DNA of 63,689 bases, the filler included, from Chiloscyllium plagiosum (taxonomy: Eukaryota), in the NCBI RefSeq assembly GCF_004010195.1. It is 5 parts of one record of this genome, joined end to end, with 100 filler letters (N's around TTAATTAATTAA, not from the genome) between each part and the next. Parts side by side here need not be neighbours in the genome. Positions count along the whole stretch, not along the records: positions 12,003 to 19,831 come from NC_057715.1; positions 19,932 to 34,861 come from NC_057715.1; 3 more parts are not named here. The stretch is one strand, 5' to 3'. The position numbers and the translations under genes were made by a program. The notes under the pieces are model-generated. The model worked only from the letters and a program-made list of their open reading frames with translations, did no database searches and was not told where the DNA came from. Positions 14,065-24,164 of the stretch are shown here, in pieces (position 1 is the first letter of the stretch; each line of letters opens with the position of its first letter).

Positions 14065-15601
14065 TTGGGAGCCTCCTGTGAAGCGCTTCTGTGGTGTTTC
14101 CTCCGGCATTTATAGTGGCCTGTCCCTGCCGCTTCCGGTTGTCAGTTTCAGCTGTCCGCTGTTGTGGCCGGTATATTGGGTCCAGGTCGATGTGTTTGTT
14201 GATGGAGTTTGTGGATGAGCAAAACTAATGTAGTGTACAAAATCCCATGCAAGGACTGCAAAAAACACTATATAGGACAAACAGGAAGACACCTAACGAT
14301 CCGCATCCANNNNNNNNNNNNNNNNNNNNNNNNNNNNNNNNNNNNNNNNNNNNNNNNNNNNNNNNNNNNNNNNNNNNNNNNNNNNNNNNNNNNNNNNNNN
14401 NNNNNNNNNNNNNNNNNNNNNNNNNNNNNNNNNNNNNNNNNNNNNNNNNNNNNNNNNNNNNNNNNNNNNNNNNNNNNNNNNNNNNNNNNNNNNNNNNNNN
14501 NNNNNNNNNNNNNNNNNNNNNNNNNNNNNNNNNNNNNNNNNNNNNNNNNNNNNNNNNNNNNNNNNNNNNNNNNNNNNNNNNNNNNNNNNNNNNNNNNNNN
14601 NNNNNNNNNNNNNNNNNNNNNNNNNNNNNNNNNNNNNNNNNNNNNNNNNNNNNNNNNNNNNNNNNNNNNNNNNNNNNNNNNNNNNNNNNNNNNNNNNNNN
14701 NNNNNNNNNNNNNNNNNNNNNNNNNNNNNNNNNNNNNNNNNNNNNNNNNNNNNNNTGTACCCTCACGTCTCGGAATGGGAGTTGGTTGTCCTTTTCTTCC
14801 TCTCTCGTGAATCGGATTCCTGTGAGTGTGGGGTTGTTGATCCGGTGTGTTTTCTCTATTTCTGTGTTTTTAATGATTACAAAGGTGTCATCAACGTATC
14901 TGATCCAGAGTTTGGGTTGAATTTGTGGTAAGACTGTTTGTTCTAGCCTTTGCATTACTGCTTCTGCTATGAGTCCCATGGGTGTTCCGTTGATTTGTTC
15001 GTATACCTGTTTGTTGAATGTGAAGTGTGTTGTGAGGCACAGGTCCAGTAGTTTGAGTATGCCGTCTTTGTTGATAGGTTCAACGTCCTGTTGTCTGTTC
15101 TGTCTGTTCAGCAGGTTGGCTATTGTTTCTCTGGCTAGGGCTTTGTCAATAGAGGTGAACAGTGCCGTTACGTCGAATGAGACCATGGTTTCTTCCTTGT
15201 CTATGTGTATATTTCTGATGATGTCCAAGAATTCCTGTGTTGATTGTATAGAGTGTCTGGATCCGCTGATCAGGTGTTTCAGTTTCTGCTGTAGTTCTGC
15301 TGTAGTTTCTGCCACGAAACGACACGACCAGCTATCCCTAGTCGCCACACACGCAGACGACAAGCAACATGAATTTGACTGGGACAACACTACCATTATA
15401 GGGCAAGCAAACAAAGAACAGCCAGGGAATCCCTAGAAGCATGGCACTCATCCACAAACTCCATCAACAAACACATCGACCTGGACCCAATATACCGGCC
15501 ACTACAGCGGACAGCTGAAACTGACAACCGGAAGCGGCAGGGACAGGCCACTATAAATGCCAGAGGAAACACCACAGAAGTGCTTCACAGGAAGCTCCTA
15601 A

Positions 15602-15641
15602 GCACTGAGGATGTCACCTAGACAGGGGACGAAACGTTTGC
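15602..15641 (+). ncRNA. Minimal hammerhead ribozyme motif in PLE terminal repeat
   Basis: GCA-CUGAGGA-U-GUCaCCU(AGAC)AGGgGAC-GAAAC-GUU-UGC: intact core, 3-bp helix I (GCA/UGC), self-complementary AAACGUUU helix III. Confidence 0.7.
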
Positions 15642-17720
15642 AACAAAAACTTCCAGCTCGGCGAACAGAACCACAGCAACATTTGCTATCCTCCAGTCTT
15701 CTGGCATTACTCCTGTTGGCAATGATGACATAGAGATCAAAGCCAAAGCTGTACATCTCTCTGACTCAATTTCCCTATTTTTATACTTAATTTGCTTTTA
15801 ACTAAAGATGAACATTTCATTTGCCTTTTCTGTTGCCTGTTGGACATGGATACTAGCTTTTGTGATTCATGGACCTTCAAATCCCTCTGTGCTACAGCTT
15901 TTGCAGTCTTTCCCCTTCTAAATAATTATCAGTTTGTCTTTTTTCCTGCCACAATACTTAGCCTCCCATTTTCCCAGATTATATTCAAGCCACCAAATTT
16001 TAGCCAACTCGGTTAGTCTGACTGTATCCCTCTGTAGACTCTTTTTATATTGTTTTCAATACTTGCCTTCCCATCTATTTTTGTGTCATCCACAAATTTT
16101 ACGATAGTGCATTTACTTCTCTCGTGCAAGTCATTAATATATTTTATAAATGATTGTGGCCCCAGTGCTGGATATGTGTGTTGAATTAATCTTGCTGCTG
16201 GTTGTTCATTTTCCTTTTCTGTAGTGGCCCTAACCCAAGATTAATGACTCCTGGAAATGTTCTCCCACTGACATTTGATCTACTTGGTCCTCCGAATTCC
16301 CAAGACCTTGTTCAATCAGTCCTTCCTTTTCCATTGGACTGGAAATTTACTACACACACCTCTTGCCCCTCTCTACTCCTTGCATTACTATTATCCCAGA
16401 CTATATTCTGATAATTAAACTTTCCTATTATAACTGTTCAGCCCCTCTATGTAATTCCCTTGCAGGTATGTTTCTCTGCATCTTTTCCATGAGCCAATGG
16501 ACGACATCATGCAATGTAATTCACTTTTTAAAAATTAAATCCTTAGCTCTAGCCAAATTGTTTCATGACCCCTCTGGGACATCCTCTTTCTTCAGCATAG
16601 CATCACTTTTTCCTCAATACCGCACACCTTGCCCCTTTATGTCCTTTTCTACCTTTCCGAACATGTTGTGTCCAAGAATTTTGCTGACAGCTGTGTGTGA
16701 TTGCTGTGCGTGGATTATGCCCTGAGATACTGATGACTGATAGAAATCTGGAGGAACTAGTGATGAGTTGGAGTTACCAAGTTATCACTGTGACTTTCAT
16801 GTTGGGAATTGTTGCTGCCTAGTTTCTGTCCAGTAGGTGGGAGACTGGGAATCTGCATATCAACAATGACATAGTATTGAGGATGCTAATGTAACTCCTC
16901 ACTACTCAAGTGAGAATTTTGTCTCTCTGTTCAACACTTGGCTGAAAAATGAGACTTCTAGCTGTTAATGTCCAGGAGCTCTTCATTGGCTAGCTTGCAC
17001 GATTTCTCAACATTCTTGCTAATGCCCATATCATTCAGGAGCTGGGGGGGTTCCACTTATGCTTCAAGTGGCAGGTGGGACTTTAATCTGGATCTTTTAC
17101 CCACAGGTAGGGATGATACCACAGTGCCACAACACCTGTTACAAGAGGGAGGCAGTAGCATAGTGATAATGTGATCAGACTAATAATCCAGAACCTAGAC
17201 TAAGGTTCAGGAGATACCAGTTTAAATCTCACCCTGGTAGATGGTGAAATATGATTTTCATTGTAATCTGGAATAACAAGTCTATTACTTAGCTAAATGG
17301 TGACTTCATACCTATTGTTGTAAAAAGCCATCTGGACTTTTTTGTTGTTAATTATATAATCAACATACATCAGTTTTGTTTAGTTAAAGTGAATTCGGAT
17401 CATTTCTCCACTCATGTATTTTTCTCCTACTTTATCTTCTACCTCACCGCCACAAATCAACAATCTCAATCAGTGAATATCCTTTATTTACTTAAACCAT
17501 GGGGGAGAGATGGATAGCTGCTGGTGTCCCATCCTACATTTTTAAATGAAAGAAAAGCTGGGTTGTTTTAATTTGCTGCTTTAACATTGAATTTCCATTC
17601 GATTGAATTGTGTATTTGTCTCTAACAATTTTTAGCTTGTTTCCTTCCCTAACGTGAGTGCTGTGTTAACCCTCCCCATTATGATGTTGGACACTGAGGT
17701 GCTTGTTTCCTACTGTTTAG

Positions 17721-17910
17721 AGAACTTAACAGAAAGACACCGCTCAAGTTTGTGCACACGTCCTTTCATGGTGTTGGGCACGAGTATGTGAAATCCGCTT
17801 TCAAGGCATTTGGTTTTGCTCCACCCATTCCAGTTCCAGAACAGAAGGATCCAGATCCGGAGTTTTCAACTGTCAAATGCCCCAATCCAGAGGAGGGAGA
17901 ATGTGTGTTG
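17721..17910 (+). CDS. PGM2L1: PGM2L1 internal coding exon (about human exon 7)
   Basis: Acceptor gtttcctactgtttAG, donor TTG|gtaata, 190 nt. Translates (R)ELNRKTPLKFVHTSFHGVGHEYVKSAFKAFGFAPPIPVPEQKDPDPEFSTVKCPNPEEGECVL, matching recalled human RELNSKTTLKFVHTSFHGVGHDYVQLAFKVFGFKPPIPVPEQKDPDPDFSTVKCPNPEEGESVL. Confidence 0.93.
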
Positions 17911-18193
17911 GTAATAAATTTTTCATTATGTTTATGCAAGTCAAATGTTTCCCTTAACTTTTGTGTGCCTAAGTATAGTTGTTCACTTTCAGCAATATAA
18001 TAAGTGGTATTGAATTGGCAGGTTGCATTACATTTCTCTTGCTCCTGATTGACCTCAATGGGTATAACAATCAGAGAGGTATCAACTGAAGGGCAGGCTC
18101 ATTGTCAGTCATTTATCATTATTATATAAAGTCAAAACCTATTCCCCTCCCTTCCAGATATCGGCATGGGAAATTACAACACTGTTGTTCAGT

Positions 18194-18518
18194 GGGCGAC
18201 ACGGTGGCACAGTGGTTAGCACTGCTGCCTCACAGCGCCAGAGACCCGGGTTCAATTCCCGCCTCGAGCGACTGTCTGTGTGGAGTTTGCACGTTCTCCC
18301 TGTGTCTGCGTGGGTTTCCTCCGGGTGCTCCGGTTTCCTCCCACAGCCCAAAGATGTGCAGGTCAGGTGAATTGGCCATGCTAAATTGCCCGTAGCGTTA
18401 GGTAAGGGGTAAATGTAGGGGTATGGGTGGGTTGCGCTTCGGCGGGTCGGTGTGGACTTGTTGGGCCGAAGGGCCTGTTTCCACACTGTAATCTAATCTA
18501 ATCTAATCTAAAATCTAA
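18194..18518 (+). mobile_element. HE1-type V-SINE, full length
   Basis: tRNA-derived head with A/B boxes (GGTGGCACAGTGGTTAG, GGTTCAATTCC), V-domain (TGTGGAGTTTGCACGTTCTCCC), CR1-derived tail and (TAATC)n end. Confidence 0.9.
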
Positions 18519-19470
18519 AAGACAGAAAAGCTGCAGTAATAGTGACACCAGTAAAAGTATAGAATGGCTTTGTTGCAAAAGGCCCATCTTTCTTCTGTGT
18601 GTGTGTGTCTCTATTACCCTTTCTCTCTGTCCCGCCCTCTCTGTCTCTCTAACGTAATGGCACGGCCTTATTTATACTTTTTGTATCTGTTTCCTGTCAG
18701 TCAGCTGGCTAAGTTGACATGCTGCCAGGCAAAAGGTACTGTAACCAGGAATCGTAGTGAATGATATTGAGCAATTCCAGGGCCAGCAAATCTTGCTTCT
18801 CCTGAAGCACAAGAAGCAGTGTAAAACTCAGCCACCTTTTTATTGAGCAGACCAGCCCCAGTGTATTCTTGCAGCTGACGTTTTTCAAACTCTTGGCAAT
18901 TCACATGGCAACTGTTAAATTTAAATTGGACTCCCAGTTGCACTCTGGTGGTTGGATTTAAAATGAGACAAAACTGAAAATCAATCAATAAAATGAGAAT
19001 GTTGATCTGAAAGAAATTTAGTATTAATTAAAGCATATAAGTAGTTCTGGGGAAATGATTGGCACTGAAAATTGACAAATTTCTAGGACCTGATGACCTT
19101 CATTCAAGTGATATAAGAGGTCACTACTGAGAGTGGACACTCTGGTGATCATTTTTCAGAATTCTATTGATTCTGCAACAATGTCTGCAGATTGGAAGTT
19201 TGCAAATCTCACCCTACTGCTTATTAAAGGATGGAGATTGAAATTGAGGAACTGTAGACCTCTTAGGTTGGCATCAATAGTAGAGAAGTGATTAGAACCT
19301 ACTATAAAAGATGTGAGTCATGAATATTTGGAGTACGATTGTCTGATTAGCCAAAGTCAACATTGATTTGTTGAGGGGACATCAAATTTGACATCAGTTT
19401 TTTTGAAGATGTCACTAACAGAATTGATGTCGGGATGTAAGTGGATGTGGTGTATTTAGATTTCAAAAGG

Positions 19471-19831
19471 CTGAAAGAAGGGCTCATGCCCGAAACGTCG
19501 ATTCTCCTGCTCCTTGGATGCTGCCTGACCACCTGCGCTTTTCCAGCAACACATTTTCAGCTCTGATCTCCAGCATCTGCAGTCCTCGCTTTCTCCTCTT
19601 GGACATGTTGAAAGGCAGGTAGGACTTGAACTTGGACCTTCTAGATTAGTGGTGCAGGAAGAGCACAGCAGTTCAGGCAGCATCCAAGGAGCTTCGAAAT
19701 CGATGTTTCAGACAAAAGCCCTTCATCAGGAATAAAGGCAGTGAGCCTGAAGCGTGGAGAGATAAGCTAGAGGAGGGTGGGGATGGGGAGAGAGTAGCAT
19801 AGAGTACAATGGGTTAGTGGGGGAGGGGGAT
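19471..19831. mobile_element. Two PLE LTR fragments in opposite orientation
   Basis: CTGAAAGAAGGGCTCATGCCCGAAACGTC at 19471-19499 (+) and a degenerate core at about 19700-19730 (-). Same family as 41810-41945 (-). Confidence 0.65.
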
Positions 19832-19931
19832 NNNNNNNNNNNNNNNNNNNNNNNNNNNNNNNNNNNNNNNNNNNNTTAATTAATTAANNNNNNNNNNNNN
19901 NNNNNNNNNNNNNNNNNNNNNNNNNNNNNNN
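19832..19931. other. Artificial scaffold linker
   Basis: 44 N + TTAATTAATTAA + 44 N. Confidence 0.95.
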
Positions 19932-20508
19932 TGCTTAGATATTTTCTAATCACCATTCTAAGCTGCTTTTGCGCATCTCTGTTGAAGATGGGAACTCAAC
20001 CCACGCTTCCTGGTCTCATGGGAGACACTCTATTGGAGCTCCACAGGTTCCTTTCATTAGTTTCCCACCAAGGAAGGGTGGGATTATAATTAATTGTGAT
20101 GACTCAAATGAAAACTAACCAGTGTTCACTCTGATAATTGGGCTGGGAATTAATTCTACTGTTTCTATGCAATGGACTGAGAATGAAATGGTAATTCACA
20201 ATAATGATGGTACTAAGTAGAAAGGCTCTTACGTAAAAATTAATATCGTGACAATTGAAGGAAAAATAAATAGACATATCATGCGCTTATTGTAAATTCA
20301 TGAAAAATACAACTGCTGAATATGTTTAAAGCAATTTTTCTGATTTTGGAAAGATAATTAGAATGCTTAGCAGCAGATGGAATCACCAAAAAAAAGTTAT
20401 TCACTGTGACTATTCAGCTCCCCTTCCTTACACAAATGTACAACTTCCAACAATTCAAAATGTACTCTGATTGATAAAGGGAAGAACAAACACATGTAAG
20501 TTTTTATC

Positions 20509-21240
20509 TCGTGTTTACAAAAAAAGTCACAAATTTGAATTTTTTTAGCTTTAACCAGTTTAACCCTTGCTGAGATCAAAATACAATAAACCTTCACGTG
20601 GAAGAAAAATATAATCAAATCAAATCAAAATATACATCGATATTCACAATAATTGGGAGATTGAACACTGCAATATCTTTCCATCAACTGAGCCATAATT
20701 CCACTTTTATATCATTTACTGGATTGATCAGTTATTAGATATTAGCAATAACTAAATTATTAATATGCTGTCAGTGAACTGAATATTAAAGATAAATCTC
20801 ACATTGCTGTTTGAACATACAATGTGCCGAAATAAACATTAATTATTGGAGAAATGTCACTAGATATCTCTTAATCGATGAGGCTATGGTTACTTTGATT
20901 GTTGAAATGAGTGGCATTCAGATATTTCCAATGAGCATTGGATAGAAAATCAATCTTTTTGGTATAGACGTGAAAAAAATTTTATTGGAGTATTGGCAAT
21001 AAGAAATATAGGATTAAATTATGATATGGATCTCACCTTACCAAATATTTTCAAGTTTTCTAAAAGGTTTCTAGTCCAATCATCAGATTAAAAAGGGTAA
21101 TTTTGGTTCAGCAGATCAGTAACTGCAAACATTTTCAACACATCTCCATCAAATCTGAAAATTCAGAAAAAAATACCAAAGCATTACCTGTGTAAATGTC
21201 AAACTATATCTTTAGATTAGAGTCAAGTTCATTCTCTACT
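20509..21240 (+). pseudogene. Decayed extracellular-type leucine-rich-repeat gene (LRRNT cap plus several LRRs)
   Basis: Manual translation across frameshifts gives, in order: SCLQKKSQI*IFLALTSLT, DQNTINLHVEEKYNQIKSKYTSIFTIIGRL, LSHNSTFISFTGLIS, LLDISNN*I, ELNIKDK, SLDIS*, KNFIGVLAIRNIGLNYDMDLTLPNIFK and NYIFRLESSSFS. These repeatedly fit LxxLxLxxNxIxxLxxxxFxGL. Many stops and indels. Confidence 0.55.
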
Positions 21241-24164
21241 TATTTTATTCCTATTTTTGACACCAGTGACTAAATATTGATTAGATTGAATGTCATATGT
21301 GTTAGACATTGGGAGTGGGGACGGAACCTGTAACTGCAGTGGGTGTGATGGTGGGGGGAATGGGGGTGGAGTCATGAGCAGGGGTCGTGTTCCCCTCGGG
21401 GTTCTGGGGGGTGGGGATAGTGACAGTGGGGTCTGTGGGGGGCATGTCTAACCCAGAGTAGAGATAAGGACACTATCTCTGTTCTACAGACTTTCTTTGG
21501 GAGCAGTGTGCGGGATGGATTGAGAATTAGTTAATAGGCAGAAAGCATAGAGTAAGAATTCTCAGGTTGGCAGGCTGTGTCCAGTGGATCCCACAAGAAT
21601 CATGCCCTGGCTGTTCACAATTTGCGAATGATTGTGACTTCAGAGGCCAGTTGTAATATTTACAAGTTTGCTAATGGCACAAAGCGTGGTGGGCATGTGA
21701 GTTGTGAGTATGCAAAGAAGCGTCAGTGGGGAGCAAGCATGACCATTGGAATATAATGTCGATCAGTGTGTGATTATCCACTTTGGTAGGAGGAATGGAG
21801 GAACAATATTTCTTAAGCAGTGAGAGACAGTTGTTTAAATTCACTTGTGGGATGTGGGTGGTGTTGGCTGGACAAGTATTTATTGCCCATCCCTAGTTGT
21901 CCTTGAGAAGATGATGAAGCTACCTTTTTGAACTGTTGCAGTCCATGTGCTGTAGGTAGAATGCACAATGCTGTTGAGGACTGAACTCCAGGATTTTAAT
22001 CCAGCAACAGTGAAGGAATGATGATCTATTCTCAAATCAGGACTGAGTGGCTTGGAGGAAAATCTTGCAGGTGGTGGTGTTCTCATGTATATGCTGCCCT
22101 TGTCCTTGTAGATGGAGTGGTCATGGGTTTGGAAGGTGCTGTCTAAGGATTTCCAAAGAGACCCATGGTCCTTGTTCATAAGTCATAGCTCTATTTAGTT
22201 GCAAATCATCTGGTCAAGAGCTGGTTCTAATGTCCAAAGAATCTAAAGCCCTCCTCCTGCACCAACCTTTCAGCCAATATTCATCTGTCTTCCTACTTTT
22301 TTTATTAATTTGTGCATGGCAGTGGGAGTAAAGTGGAAATATATACTTTCAAGGTCCTGTTTACTAATTTTCTACCTGGCTTCCTAAATTCTTACTGGAG
22401 GGTCATGTCCCTTTTTCCACAAAAGCCATTAGTTCCATTATGGACTATGATTGCTTGTTTCACCCATCCCTTGGTGCTGCAGTCATTTAGTGATATCCTT
22501 GGCTCTGGCACTAGGGCAACAACATGACATTCTGGATTCATGTCTTTGGCCACAGTAACTTTGATCTGTACTCAAACCACCTTATCAACATTGCTGTTCA
22601 AGATTCCCTTATACCTCACCCCACAGCTGTGCCAACCAGGGACCATGTACAGGGATCTGATTGCATTCCCTAGATGAACTATCACTCTCATTAATGTTCA
22701 GGGCTAAAAGCTGCATGGAGAATGGGTTGAACTTTGGGGACTCCTGCACTGCCTGCCTGGTAGTTACCCAATCCGTCACTTCCTGCATCCTCTGCTGTGG
22801 GGTGACTCAATCTATAAACATGTTATCCAGATAGTTCTAGGCCTCATGGGTCCCCATGCTGCTCAAATTCCAAAACTTGAAGCTCAACTGCTGCAATTGA
22901 GAAATAGTTACCCAAGATGCTGGGAAACCTTCTGGAATTTCCACCTTGTGGAGGCCATACACTCTCGATACCAATATACCTTTATAACTATTAATGAAAT
23001 TTTACTTGTGTAGTTGCATCTGACTAATATATAATCCACATTACTAGTTCTGATAAACTTTCCATAAAGATGACATTTTAAAAAGTGAAAAATGATACTC
23101 ACTCCTAGTTGCTCAGTTAAATCTTATTATCAATAGTTAATATTTTTACCATTTTTAGTTCCAATGATATCTCACCTTTTCTCCCCACAGTACATAGCTC
23201 TGACTCTCCTCAAGTAGTGGCTAGACCTAAAGTCCTCCATTTGCTCGCTGTTCTGACTGGTGCTGTCTTCTCTTGAGTCCTCCTTATGCTGTCTACAATA
23301 ACAATGGCCCCAATTTCAGCACTGGCAGCAATCCAACAATGTGGGAAATCATCCAGTTCTGTCCTGTCCACAAAGTGCAGGACCAATCCAACCAAGCCAA
23401 TGATTCACGTCAACTGCTGTTCAGTCGTAATGTGATGGAGGGTGTTGTCAATAGTGCTATCAAGCCGTACTTACTCAGTAGTAACCTGTTCAGTGCGCTC
23501 AATTTGGGTTCTCCCAAGGGCCATTTGGCACCTGACCTCAATGCTGTCATGGTTCAAATGCCACCAAGAGCTAGCCAGCAAAGGTGGGATGAAGGTGACT
23601 GGATTTTAATTCTTCCAGGTGTTGTAATGAAATTTGAACTCGTGGCTCTCTGGATTGTCAGTCTTATAACGTTACTACTGAAACACCTCCCCTTCTGGTT
23701 ACTGGAGGTGAAATATATCAGCCCAGAACATCACTGCAAGAATTTCTCAGGTTAGATATTTTCTAATCATCCTTCAGACCAGCCATGGAATGTCAGGGCA
23801 TTATTATGCAGCTTTCAAGCAAGTGGGATGAACCTGGGCCTCCTGGCACAGAGATAGGGACACTACCAGAGCAGGTGGTAGTGGACCTATATATTCCTTG
23901 GGGTAATGCCCTAGGCCCAATCATCTTTAGCTGCTTTATCAATTACATTCCCTCCTTCATAAGATAAGAAGTGAGTGTTTTCATTGAGTGAACAATCTTT
24001 AGCATTGGATACAATTTTCAGATGCTGAAGCAGCCCTTGTCCATGTATGATGAGATTTGGACAACATCTAAGTTTGGCCTGAAACGTTGTGCCAAGCAAT
24101 AACTAACCAATCTCCAGCAAGAGAGAATTTTAACCATCATCCCTTGACATTTAATGGCATTGTC

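Larger units (their letters stand above)
13950..15676. mobile_element. Penelope-like element with inverted terminal repeats, RT and GIY-YIG fragments
   Basis: TSD CAACATTTGCTAT (13937-13949, 15677-15689) inside a CR1. Inverted repeats of about 230 nt at each end. + strand GIY-YIG (NVVYKIPCKDCKKHYIGQTGR, 14218-14309). - strand RT (MVSFDVTALFTSID, QINGTPMG, WIRYVDDTF; 14757-15310). + strand GIY-YIG C-terminus (15305-15490). Internal N gap 14310-14755. Confidence 0.9.

Noticed and set aside
14209..15414. Long ORFs containing X runs (also 42768-44053)
   Set aside because: Length is inflated by N gaps. The real parts are PLE or repeat fragments.
7309..17910. Assignment as PGM2 or as a processed pseudogene
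   Set aside because: RDRLCCRMTFG, HTSFHGVGH and FSTVKCPNPEEG match PGM2L1 as recalled, and both exons have intact splice sites and frames.
18194..18270. tRNA gene (also 37785-37860)
   Set aside because: A/B boxes belong to the tRNA-derived head of HE1 SINEs and are followed by the V-domain and LINE tail.
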